A stretch of 38,202 bases of DNA. Origin: Capsulimonadales bacterium (lineage in GTDB: Bacteria; Armatimonadota; Armatimonadia; Armatimonadales; Armatimonadaceae). The notes under the pieces were generated by a model. The model saw nothing but the letters and a program-made list of their open reading frames with translations, was not told where the DNA came from and made no database searches. Below, piece after piece: positions 1-8,596 of this stretch (its first letter is position 1; every line of letters begins with the position of its first letter). Position numbers and translations under genes: made by a program. The stretch covers positions 1 to 38,202 of the forward strand of contig JANRLW010000023.1 in the NCBI GenBank assembly GCA_033762295.1. The letters are read 5' to 3'.

Positions 1-463
1 CGTTCGCCGTTTCCCGCTTCCGACCAGGGCCGAATAACCCGCCCTCGTGCGCGGCGTCCGCCACCGAGTGCGCGACCTTCAAGACCCATTGACGATACCC
101 CGCCGCGGCAATCGGGTCCGCCTGCCGGGACAGGATCGTTCGCGCCTCCACGCAAAGGTCCAGCGTATGACGCAACAACCGGTCGGGCGTGTACCGGTGC
201 TTGATATCGTCGCCCCGTTCCTTGATGATAACCATCTGCGGCGTGATCGTCAGCGAATAATGATCCCGGTCGGTCAGAGCGGCGGCGATCAGCGGGTTGT
301 CCCCGAACTCCTCGGCCAGTTCCGGGATGTGCTCGACCACACGCACCTCCTCCAGGAAACCGACGATGTCGCTCCTGCCGGCCATCGCGACCGAAAGGCC
401 CACCAGAAACGGCAGAACGGTCAGCGTGTTCCGCGTCTCCGGCGACAGTTCGAAACTCGGCAT
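1..463 (-). CDS. Hypothetical protein, 3' end outside the window (possibly TerB-like helical family)
   Basis: Not in the ORF track. Manual translation from ATG at 463 gives MPSFELSPETRNTLTVLPFLVGLSVAMAG...YRQWVLKVAHSVADAAHEGGLFG, open to the window edge. GGAGGT RBS at 471-476 (minus strand). Confidence 0.75.
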   Translation of the reverse strand, partial: MPSFELSPETRNTLTVLPFLVGLSVAMAGRSDIVGFLEEVRVVEHIPELAEEFGDNPLIAAALTDRDHYSLTITPQMVIIKERGDDIKHRYTPDRLLRHTLDLCVEARTILSRQADPIAAAGYRQWVLKVAHSVADAAHEGGLFGPGRKRETAN

Positions 464-482
464 GGTCTTTACCTCCGATTCG

Positions 483-491
483 ATTGTAGCA
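483..491 (-). promoter_or_regulatory. Putative extended -10 promoter (TGcTACAAT)
   Basis: Minus strand reads TGCTACAAT about 20 nt upstream of the ATG at 463 and just upstream of its RBS. Confidence 0.45.
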
Positions 492-553
492 GGCGTCTCC
501 GGCCATGGCCAAAGCGGGACCCCACCCCCGCAACGAATCCGCCGTTTCGCGGA

Positions 554-2221
554 TTATCGCCCGGAACCTCCCCAGGCTTTCGTCGCCCAGACCGTCATCG
601 CGTCGTACTTATCCTCCCAGGTCGTGTACATCGCGCCGACAATCCCCGGTATGCCTTTCGTCGCGGCCTGCCAGCGAACGATGGCCGAACCATCCTCATC
701 CCCATCGTAATAACCCGCCAGAATCTGCTTCAGACCCAGGTCGGCGAAGAACCGGCAGTTTTTGCCCATCAGGCCGCCATACCAGTTGACGATGCCGACA
801 TCTTTCGCCAGCCCCTTCCACGAACCTTTCAGCGACCCACGGACCGCATAGTACCGATCGACGGCGTTGTGCATCGGGTCGAACATATCGTTCCAGACCC
901 AGATTTCGGCGTCCGGACGCGCCTGCCGGAGAATCTGCGCCGCCTGTCGGACGTTCCAGGCAAGCAGTTCGCCCGCGGTCAGGTTCTTGCTCCGACAGAG
1001 ACCGCAGCGGTTCGCCACGCGCAGTTCGTCGTGCGACATCAGGAACGCCGCCGGGCGCAGGCGCTCGTTCGCCTGCTTGACCTCCGCGCGCCAATCCTCG
1101 AAGATTTTCGGCTCGCTCAGACAACCGGTCACACGATCCTCATAGACGATCAGCGGATGGTAGTAACTTACCCGCAAGCTTTCGCCGTCCTTGATGCGGG
1201 TGGTCGGTGTCAGACGGATCGACGGGGCGTCGTGATACGCGATCCAGGGATGGTACTGCGGATCGACGATCCGTTCGTAGTCCCGGCCCTCCTCATAGGA
1301 GACGCCGTTCTCGCCCTTCACCGTGACCGGGCAACCGGGACGACGGATCACGTTCACCAGACCGATCTCCTCGATCGACAGGTCGTCCCACCACATCTTC
1401 CCGTCCTTGCCGTACCAGGAACCGAGGTACAGACGGGCATCGGTGTTCTCCAGGCTGTTGAAGACGAGATCGTACCGTTTCCAGTCCTGTGTCGCATCGA
1501 CCCGGAACGACTGAAAACTGATCCCGTGCCGGGCGTCGGCGGTCAGGATCTTCACCTCCGGGTCGGCCGGCGTCAGGTTCTCGGTTTTGATCCAAAAGGA
1601 GATATGATATTGACGGTTCGGTTTAAGGGTTAACAGCTGTGAAATACGGCAGTGGCGGTCGGGGTTCTTGCCGACGTTTTCCATGCGCAGCGACGTCTTC
1701 CCGCCGTGGGTGACGTCATGATCGGCGAAGGTGGTAACGCCCTCGTCGTCCTGAAAGCCCCAGCCGTTGAAATGGTGGTCCCGCACATCCTCGAAGTCGC
1801 CATTGACGACCTTCGTCGGGTTGTCCGGAACGTGGGAAGCGACGCCGTTTTTTGCGACGAACCGCGCATCGGTCACCGGCACCCCTTCGACGTAGTTCCG
1901 GTCGTGCGGGCCGCCCATGACGATGGCGACGATCGCGATGCCGTGACGCTTCGCCGCTTCGCGCAGTTCGGTCGCCTTTGCCGGAGCGACGTTGTAGGAG
2001 ACGGCGACGCCGTTATAGCCGGCCGCCTTCGCCCGGGGGAGACGCGCGATGACCTTGTCAACCTCCTTCGGATCGGTCATATCCCGCCAGACGAACAGCC
2101 AGCGTTTGCCGGTCCGGTCGGATTGCGCATACGCCGGGCGGGACGGATGACCGACGAAAAAGGCGCACAGAAGCACCGTCAACAGGAATCGGGCGACATG
2201 GCCCGGAGAGAAGCGTTCCAT
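554..2221 (-). CDS. Secreted glycoside hydrolase-like protein (GH20-like barrel with inserted CBM4/9-type domain)
   Basis: Signal peptide ending AYA-Q. CBM4/9-like segment VVNGDFE...LKPNRQYHISFWIKTE...MWWDDLSIEE. MSHDE acidic pair and IWVWNDMFDP resemble the GH20 barrel. Confidence 0.6.
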   Translation of the reverse strand: MERFSPGHVARFLLTVLLCAFFVGHPSRPAYAQSDRTGKRWLFVWRDMTDPKEVDKVIARLPRAKAAGYNGVAVSYNVAPAKATELREAAKRHGIAIVAIVMGGPHDRNYVEGVPVTDARFVAKNGVASHVPDNPTKVVNGDFEDVRDHHFNGWGFQDDEGVTTFADHDVTHGGKTSLRMENVGKNPDRHCRISQLLTLKPNRQYHISFWIKTENLTPADPEVKILTADARHGISFQSFRVDATQDWKRYDLVFNSLENTDARLYLGSWYGKDGKMWWDDLSIEEIGLVNVIRRPGCPVTVKGENGVSYEEGRDYERIVDPQYHPWIAYHDAPSIRLTPTTRIKDGESLRVSYYHPLIVYEDRVTGCLSEPKIFEDWRAEVKQANERLRPAAFLMSHDELRVANRCGLCRSKNLTAGELLAWNVRQAAQILRQARPDAEIWVWNDMFDPMHNAVDRYYAVRGSLKGSWKGLAKDVGIVNWYGGLMGKNCRFFADLGLKQILAGYYDGDEDGSAIVRWQAATKGIPGIVGAMYTTWEDKYDAMTVWATKAWGGSGR

Positions 2222-2272
2222 ACGATCACCATACCGGAAATTCCGACGGAGAACACGCCCGCTTCAGGCGTT

Positions 2273-3508
2273 CTAGGAACGACCGCGGGCAGGGACCGCG
2301 AAGTGCGGAGTAAAGGAGATATCGCAGGCGCTGCCCGGACCCATGGAGCGGAGCGAGATCTCGGGGGCGTTCCCGTCGTCCTTCAGATTCATTCCCGCGC
2401 TGTAAAGGACAAAACCGCTCCCCTCCCGACGATACATCAGGGGCTTCCCCGTGAACGGATCGTTCAGCAGCGGGTCATTACCGAGTTCCGCGAGGGTCGC
2501 CGGGTACCGGCCGCTCCGCTTTTTCGCCGCTTCCAACCGTAGCCCCGCATACATCAGGTGCAGACGGGCCGCCTTGTAACGGTAGCGGTACGGATGCCCG
2601 CCGAACGAACCCGGCTCCAGATTCGAATCGTTGGTAAGAATTTTGGACGACTCGGGCAGGGCGGGAGCGGTCATGGCGTCGAGGGGCTTATCGGCCTGCT
2701 CCGACCATTTCCGCAGGTAGTCATTCACATCGAGAATGGCCTGCGCCTTCGGGGTCAGAAGCTGCTGCCACTCCGTCTCCGAGGTGGGCACCTGCAGGCG
2801 CAGCACACGCGTCGCATTGGGTTCGGTCGTGCGGATCATCTGCCGAACCCGCACCAGACGCTCGTTCTCCAGGATCTTTTTCAGCGGGTACTGGGCGGCG
2901 ATCAGTCCCTTGACCCGTTCCGCTCCCTGCTCGCAAACCGGGGCGGGGAGATGCGGAAGCAGGGTGGGGAGGCGGTAGGCGATCGGCAACTGCGCCATCA
3001 GCGTGGTTCCCAGGTGGAGGGTCGCCCCTCCACGCAGCACATCCTCGCTGAAGGTCAACCCGTCCAGAAGCGCATGGAGCGCGCGCGCCGGGTCGTTTTT
3101 CGCCCGTAACGTTTCGGCCTCGATCCCGACCAGCCAGTTGAGGAGCGGAAACTCCTGTGCCGGAGTGAATTTCGCCCCCGGTTCGAGCTGGGTCACCATG
3201 CTCGGTTTGCCCGGCAATCGGTGGAAGTCGGACAGTAACGAGGCATTGCGCCCGACCAGCGTGTTCATGGTTTCGGCGGAGAGCGGCACCCGGTTCCCGA
3301 AATCGCCGATCACCTTCTTATCGGTGGGGGGCAGACCGGCCACGCACTTCACATAGTCATCGTAGACGTTCCCCGCCGGCGTCGCTTCCGCTTCGGGCAG
3401 AACGACTTTGGGGGGGGCGTTCCGACCGAAGGTGATACCGGCGACCGATAACCAGGCCGCCAGCAGAACGACCACCGCGCCAATACCGAGGATAACGGGC
3501 TTTCGCAT
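2273..3508 (-). CDS. Membrane-anchored helical protein with GspG/pseudopilin-like C-terminal segment
   Basis: N-terminal TM helix. C-terminal GRYPATLAEL...DPFTGKPLMYRREGSGFVLYSAGMNLKDDG resembles the T2SS GspG C-terminal motif. Confidence 0.6.
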   Translation of the reverse strand: MRKPVILGIGAVVVLLAAWLSVAGITFGRNAPPKVVLPEAEATPAGNVYDDYVKCVAGLPPTDKKVIGDFGNRVPLSAETMNTLVGRNASLLSDFHRLPGKPSMVTQLEPGAKFTPAQEFPLLNWLVGIEAETLRAKNDPARALHALLDGLTFSEDVLRGGATLHLGTTLMAQLPIAYRLPTLLPHLPAPVCEQGAERVKGLIAAQYPLKKILENERLVRVRQMIRTTEPNATRVLRLQVPTSETEWQQLLTPKAQAILDVNDYLRKWSEQADKPLDAMTAPALPESSKILTNDSNLEPGSFGGHPYRYRYKAARLHLMYAGLRLEAAKKRSGRYPATLAELGNDPLLNDPFTGKPLMYRREGSGFVLYSAGMNLKDDGNAPEISLRSMGPGSACDISFTPHFAVPARGRS

Positions 3509-3513
3509 AGACC

Positions 3514-3720
3514 TTACTTCTCGTTATTACGTCGCTCCTGCGAGGAACCCGGGGCGAAGTTCCCCTTGCTCTCCTCCGTCCGCACTTCGGTGATTTTCGG
3601 AGGGATGGCGCTTTGAACCGCGCCGAAGATGAGCCAGCCCACCGCCAGTATGGCTACGGCAAAAAGCGCCATATGCCAGGGTTTCAGGGGCTTTTCCGTT
3701 TCTTGCATTGCCGTTCGCAT
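3514..3720 (-). CDS. Small single-TM hypothetical protein (68 aa)
   Basis: ATG at 3720 preceded by AAGAAAGG. One hydrophobic helix (WHMALFAVAILAVGWLIFGAV). Stop lies 5 nt before the next start. Confidence 0.6.
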   Translation of the reverse strand: MRTAMQETEKPLKPWHMALFAVAILAVGWLIFGAVQSAIPPKITEVRTEESKGNFAPGSSQERRNNEK

Positions 3721-3746
3721 GGCGTACCTTTCTTGGCGGAAGACGG

Positions 3747-3777
3747 AAAACGGCATTCCGGGGAAGCCCGGAATGCC
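3747..3777 (-). terminator. Intrinsic terminator-like hairpin after the prepilin-like gene
   Basis: Perfect 11-bp stem GGCATTCCGGG (3752-3762) / CCCGGAATGCC (3767-3777) with a 4-nt loop, followed on the minus strand by gTTTT. Confidence 0.6.
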
Positions 3778-3796
3778 TGCCGGTTACGAAAAATGT

Positions 3797-4666
3797 CTAC
3801 GGCCCATCGGCGCGGCGGGTCCACATGCCCGGAGTGGACTGGCGGAACGCCTTGGAATGGCCGTCGGCGAAGACGACGTTGAAGGTGCCGGTGTGTCGCT
3901 TGGCGGTCCGGCCTTTCTTGATCGTTCTCGCCGCGTCAAGATACTCGCCGTCGGTGTAGGCGACGCCGTAAGCGTCGACCGTCAGGTCGGTGTCACGGGG
4001 GTAGCGGAACGCGGCGGCGGTGCCACGGACCTGGTTTTCGCCGTTCTGGTTTCCGTCGAACAGCATGATCAGGTTGGCGGGTTCCTCCGCCGCGGCCAGG
4101 GAGATGCCCGGGTCCATGCTGGTATCGGTCGTTCCGGGGATCAGCGGGCAGGCGCTGGCGTGCATCCCGTGATAACAGGCGCAGCCGTCCACGCTGGTAT
4201 CGCCGCCGGGGCAGTACTGCGAGGCGGTGTTATCGTTGTAGCCTTCGTTGTAGAAGTAGCCCAGCGTCCAGGGGCGAGCGGTGGTTCCCAGGGCGGGCGT
4301 GCCGTACAGCGCCTCGATCGGGGCGCAGCCCAGGCGACCGCTGTCGGTGGCGAACCGGTACTGTCCGCTCGGACAGGACATCAGCTGGATGTTTTTGACA
4401 TAGGGCTGGATCATATCCGCCCAGATGAACTGCGGGCAGACGTTCCATCCGTTCGGGAAGCTGTAGGAGCCGGCGAAGATTTCATCGTAATCCTGAGCAT
4501 ACATCAACATCGCCAGACCCAGCTGCTTGGTGTTGGAGAGACAGGAGGCCTGTCGCGCCTTTTCGCGGGCCTGAGCAAACACGGGGAAGAGGATCGCGGC
4601 CAGAATCGCAATGATAGCGATGACGACGAGCAGTTCGATGAGCGTGAAGCCACCTTGTTTACGCAT
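3797..4666 (-). CDS. Prepilin-type N-terminal cleavage/methylation protein, DUF1559 / H-X9-DG family
   Basis: [41 protein letters not shown]-terminal [25 protein letters not shown]. Confidence 0.92.
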   Translation of the reverse strand: MRKQGGFTLIELLVVIAIIAILAAILFPVFAQAREKARQASCLSNTKQLGLAMLMYAQDYDEIFAGSYSFPNGWNVCPQFIWADMIQPYVKNIQLMSCPSGQYRFATDSGRLGCAPIEALYGTPALGTTARPWTLGYFYNEGYNDNTASQYCPGGDTSVDGCACYHGMHASACPLIPGTTDTSMDPGISLAAAEEPANLIMLFDGNQNGENQVRGTAAAFRYPRDTDLTVDAYGVAYTDGEYLDAARTIKKGRTAKRHTGTFNVVFADGHSKAFRQSTPGMWTRRADGP

Positions 4667-4869
4667 CGATCTTTCTCCTTGATTATGCGTGCGCTGAAAA
4701 AGAGACGAAAAACCGGAGAGACGATACTCTGCCGGAGGTACAGGTTTCTCTGTCGAGGAAGCCCTTTGTTGTTAAGTTTAGCATAAAGAACCGAATTTCA
4801 TCGGCATCGGGCAAAGTTTTTTCGCAAAAGTTTACTTCGGATAGGCAAATAGTTCGGCTTCCCCCAACC

Positions 4870-5135
4870 ATTGCCAGGCGAGAGGAATTGCTGTTTTAGG
4901 TAGACATTATGAGGGTTTATTATATTTACATAAATGCGGTTAAAAACAATAAAACCTTAAAAATATATACATAAATTCATATGGCTGACAAAAATGCGAG
5001 GCACTAAAAATCGAACGCATATTATAGGTTGTACACCTTTAAAGGATTACTGTTAAAAATACCTGATTTTTGAAGATGTTAGAAATTTAACAGTATTGTT
5101 TGCCAAAATGAACAGTTTCCGTTTTACAATTTATT
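4870..5135. promoter_or_regulatory. AT-rich divergent promoter region
   Basis: Strongly AT-rich against the GC-rich background. Contains a TACATAAAT direct repeat (4927-4935, 4968-4976), a 10-bp inverted repeat (5048-5057 / 5086-5095) and TTGCCA-19 nt-TACAAT (5100-5130). Confidence 0.55.
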
Positions 5136-5231
5136 CAGTAGCGCCGAACTTTGACGGAAAAGTCGGCGGACCGAGTCAGGGGAGTCCTCGAACAGACCCC
5201 TCATTTTCGTTTACAAAAGGAGTTTTGCCCA

Positions 5232-7274
5232 ATGAAACCTCTCGTTTCGACTGTGGCCGCAATGCTCGGCGTTTGCGGCGTGACCCTCCTGCCAACGATG
5301 GCAAAAGCGGCCGTTACCAGCGTCTCTCTTTCCGACGGCACCCTCACTATCGTCTGTGACAGCGCGAACGACATCGTGACCTTTCAGCAGTGGGGAGGAA
5401 CCACCGGACAACCGGCTACCTACAACACCCGTGTCGATACCGGAAATAATAACTGGGATCTTCTAAAGTTCTGGAGCGGAATGAATGGCGTACCCGTGAA
5501 CGGCAATGGCATCATTTCCGGTGTCCTCAAGGTCGTCATCAAAGGCGGTAACGGAAACGATACTCTGGGAGTGAACAGCAGCACCCCGGTCGGTACGGTG
5601 ATCGAACTCTACGGCGAGGGCGGCGACGATACCCTGAGCGGAGGACACAACACCGATGAACTGCTCGTCGGCGGACGCGGCAACGATACGATTCGTGGTA
5701 ACAACGGCCAGGACACGATCCATGGCGATGATATCCCGATGTTTGTCGCTCTCAACACTGCCGACGAACCGAGTGATAATGCTACCTTCGCCTCCATGGA
5801 CGTGGATGGTTTTACCCTGACCGGATTCCGTCATACGAACGGCAGCCTGAACCACCAGGGAAAGGTTATGGTCAACGCCACCTCCGGCAACGGGGATAAT
5901 AGCAAAGGTATCGGCGTCAATACCAACAACCCCAACGGCGACGGCAGTTCCTGGGGCAGCGGCACCCGCGCCCTCGACAATCAGGGCTACGATGAGATGC
6001 TCCGAATCGAACTGCCGGGAGATACGGTCGCTTCGGCGGGCTGTCTCACCGTCAACCTCCGCGCGCTGGGAACGGCCGGAGCCAATCTTCAGGTGAAACT
6101 GAAAAATGGCGAGACCGTGGTCGGCACGAAAACCTTCTCCGGCCTGGGAGCGGGCAACACCAAAGCGGACAACGTCAAACTGCCCTTCGCCTCGGACGAT
6201 CAGCCGTTCGACACGATCGAACTGTACGTGCTCGACCTGGACGAAGCGGACGGCGCGGACACGGCGCGCGTCTACGTGACCGGTGCGGAAGTTGAGCAGG
6301 AGAAAACCTACGCGGTCAAGTTCGGTACGATCACCCAGAACGGATTCTACGCCGGATTGACCATGCGCGCCTTTGTCGACGCCGTTCAGGTCGGACAGGC
6401 TTCCGCCGGCCAGAACCAGCCCGCGCCGGGCGTCGCCGGATTCACTCTGACACCGGTCGGGAATGTCGGCGGACCGCAGGCAGACGCGACCTATAGCGAT
6501 AACGGCGAAGGGATCGGCTATAACAGCGGCTTTGACAACTCCGCCAAACGGATCGAAGAGGACGAAGTGCTGGAGATCGGTTTCGGCGACTACGCCACCA
6601 CGAAGGTCAAAGTGATCCTCGGTCGCGCCGATGGTGTCGACGACGCGGTCAAAGTGGAGTTCGTTCGCGCCGGTCAGGTGATCGGTTCCACAACCGTGAC
6701 CGATAACGTCGACAACGACCTGAATAACGACACCGCTTTCGTCGTCTCCCATCCGGTCCCGTTCGATGCGATCCGGCTATCCGCAGGTACCGCGACCACG
6801 CGCTTCGCCTGGCGCGGCGTCGAACTGACGGCGGCCACCGGCTACGGGAACGATGTCCTGAACGGCGGCGGCGGCTCCGACCGAATCTTCGGTCAGGGCG
6901 GCGACGATACCATCGACTGGGATCGCGCGGACAACCCGCAGGTCAACGACGGCGATATCGCCAGCGGCGGCGCGGGCGCGGACAAGTTCTTACAAACGCA
7001 GAACGCGGCCTACAACCTGCCACTGGGCTTCGGACGCATCACTGACTTCGTTCCCGGAACCGACAAGGTTCGGATCAAAGCGCAGGAAGTGGGCTTGAAC
7101 GTAGCGACAGCAACGCTTGTCTACGGGACAACCCACCAGGGGAACAAGATCGTGGTGGACACGGTGACCCTGCCCGGAACGACCGTCCTGAGACTCCCCG
7201 TGGGCGGCACGGGTAAGATCTTCCTGACCGGTACGTTCCTCAATCTGACCGTGGCGGATTTCGAACTGTTCTGA
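5232..7274 (+). CDS. Secreted RTX/hemolysin-type calcium-binding repeat protein
   Basis: ATG 5232 after AAGGAG; signal peptide ending AKA-A. GGxGxD-type repeats GGNGNDTL, GEGGDDTL, GGRGNDTI, GYGNDVLNGGGGSDRIFGQGGDDTI, GGAGADKF; C-terminal ITDFVPGTDKV...ADF. Confidence 0.85.
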   Translation: MKPLVSTVAAMLGVCGVTLLPTMAKAAVTSVSLSDGTLTIVCDSANDIVTFQQWGGTTGQPATYNTRVDTGNNNWDLLKFWSGMNGVPVNGNGIISGVLKVVIKGGNGNDTLGVNSSTPVGTVIELYGEGGDDTLSGGHNTDELLVGGRGNDTIRGNNGQDTIHGDDIPMFVALNTADEPSDNATFASMDVDGFTLTGFRHTNGSLNHQGKVMVNATSGNGDNSKGIGVNTNNPNGDGSSWGSGTRALDNQGYDEMLRIELPGDTVASAGCLTVNLRALGTAGANLQVKLKNGETVVGTKTFSGLGAGNTKADNVKLPFASDDQPFDTIELYVLDLDEADGADTARVYVTGAEVEQEKTYAVKFGTITQNGFYAGLTMRAFVDAVQVGQASAGQNQPAPGVAGFTLTPVGNVGGPQADATYSDNGEGIGYNSGFDNSAKRIEEDEVLEIGFGDYATTKVKVILGRADGVDDAVKVEFVRAGQVIGSTTVTDNVDNDLNNDTAFVVSHPVPFDAIRLSAGTATTRFAWRGVELTAATGYGNDVLNGGGGSDRIFGQGGDDTIDWDRADNPQVNDGDIASGGAGADKFLQTQNAAYNLPLGFGRITDFVPGTDKVRIKAQEVGLNVATATLVYGTTHQGNKIVVDTVTLPGTTVLRLPVGGTGKIFLTGTFLNLTVADFELF

Positions 7275-7299
7275 CGGTTCCCGCCGTCCGGGCAATATC

Positions 7300-7332
7300 G
7301 GCCCTGCGACCTCCGCGGTCGCAGGGCCTTTT
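7300..7332 (+). terminator. Rho-independent terminator between convergent genes
   Basis: 12-bp stem GGCCCTGCGACC / GGTCGCAGGGCC, 5-nt loop, followed by TTTT. Confidence 0.8.
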
Positions 7333-7345
7333 CATACGGAATGGC

Positions 7346-7879
7346 TCAGACCGCCTTCGCGGCGTCCTGCAGGGCGGCGAGCAGGACCGGCTCGTCCCAG
7401 GAGTCGTTGTGCCGGTGACCGTTGATGAAGAAGGTCGGGGTGCCGTTGACGCCGCTGCGCACGCCCCCCATGAAATCCTCCTCGATCCGGGTTGCGTACG
7501 CGCCGTCGCGTACCTCCTCGATCAGCTTTTTCTCGTCGAGACCCAGCGCCACCGCGATCCGCTCGATATTGGCATCGCTCAGGGAACGCTGGTGTTCGTA
7601 CAGCAGGTCGTGCATCTCCCAGAACTTGCCCTGCGCGGCGGCGGCCTCGGCGGCGGCGGCGGCGTGCGCGGCGTGCGGGTGCATCTCGCTCAGCGGGAAG
7701 TTGCGAAAGACGAAGCGAAGCTGATCGCCCATCGCTTCCTGAAGGCGCTTGACGATGGGGTATGCCCGCCCGCAGTACGGGCACTCGTAGTCGCCGTACT
7801 CGACCAGGGTGACGGGAGCGGTTTCCGGACCGGCGATGTGATCACGGGCCGGGTCGACCGGGATTTTCAGTTGCGACAT
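7346..7879 (-). CDS. DsbA-family (thioredoxin-fold) oxidoreductase
   Basis: EYGDYECPYCG, FRNFPL, GVNGTPTFFING. Confidence 0.92.
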   Translation of the reverse strand: MSQLKIPVDPARDHIAGPETAPVTLVEYGDYECPYCGRAYPIVKRLQEAMGDQLRFVFRNFPLSEMHPHAAHAAAAAEAAAAQGKFWEMHDLLYEHQRSLSDANIERIAVALGLDEKKLIEEVRDGAYATRIEEDFMGGVRSGVNGTPTFFINGHRHNDSWDEPVLLAALQDAAKAV

Positions 7880-7885
7880 GTCGGA

Positions 7886-8362
7886 CTATCCTTTCTTTGC
7901 GTCCAGCTCTTCCAGAGCGGTCAGAATGCCGTCCGCGCCCGGATTCATGCCGAGCGGGGAGACGTAGCTCCAGCGGACGACGCCGTCGGCGTCGATCACG
8001 AACAGGGCGCGTTCGCTGACGCCTTCCTTTTCGCGATACACACCGTACATTTTTGCGACCGTACCCTTCGGCTCAAAGTCGGCGAGCAGCGGGTAATGGA
8101 TCTTGCGATCGGCGGCGAACGCCTGGTGGCACCAGACGCCGTCGACGGAGATACCGACGATCTCCGCGCCGTGCTTGCGGAAGACCGGCAGGAGTTCGTT
8201 GTAAAGGGCCATCTGGTCGCCGCAGACGGGAGACCAGTCCGCCGGGTAGAAGGCAAGAATCACCGGCTTACCTTTGAATTCGGAAAGCGAGATCGTCTGA
8301 TCCGCTGTGCAGTTCAGGGTGAAATCCGGCGCCGGGGTGCCCGGCGCAAGTGGGGTTGCCAT
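7886..8362 (-). CDS. AhpC/TSA redoxin (AhpE-like peroxiredoxin)
   Basis: Start MATPL at 8362 with AAGGAG upstream. APDFTL, FYPADWSPVC (PxxxS/TxxC), GISVD, LLADF, ERALFVID. Confidence 0.9.
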   Translation of the reverse strand: MATPLAPGTPAPDFTLNCTADQTISLSEFKGKPVILAFYPADWSPVCGDQMALYNELLPVFRKHGAEIVGISVDGVWCHQAFAADRKIHYPLLADFEPKGTVAKMYGVYREKEGVSERALFVIDADGVVRWSYVSPLGMNPGADGILTALEELDAKKG

Positions 8363-8596
8363 TATTGAGGATCGCTCCTTCTGGTGTGGTTCGGTTCGCT
8401 GTGCAAAATACCGTCCTGATTGTGACACATTCCCACCGGAATCCGTGAAAGGGGCCGGTTCCCTGCGGGAGGAAAGCCGCCTCACACCGCCGGAAGTGTA
8501 CGAAAAAAACGTCGCCGGGGCAGGAAAAAACGGACCTTTTATCGAACTAAAGCAACGTCAGTTTACCTGTAAACCTGCCAACGAAGGATTATTTCG

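Noticed and set aside
47..1633. 528-aa plus-strand ORF
   Set aside because: Antisense shadow of the minus-strand genes 1-463 and 554-2221; Arg/Pro-rich with no motifs, as expected in high-GC DNA.
4805..4860. GGCAAA...GCAAA words suggesting a c-di-GMP-I riboswitch
   Set aside because: No GAAA-tetraloop stem or GGGACGCAAAGC core, and far from the plus-strand start codon.
4870..5135. AT-rich stretch as a horizontally acquired island or replication origin
   Set aside because: Short, purely intergenic, flanked by genes of normal composition, with no DnaA-box cluster or mobility genes; better explained as a promoter region.
5151..5231. N-terminal extensions in the track (5151; also 8485, 14781, 21371, 30137, 32048)
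   Set aside because: Downstream starts have better RBS, signal-peptide placement or stop/start coupling.
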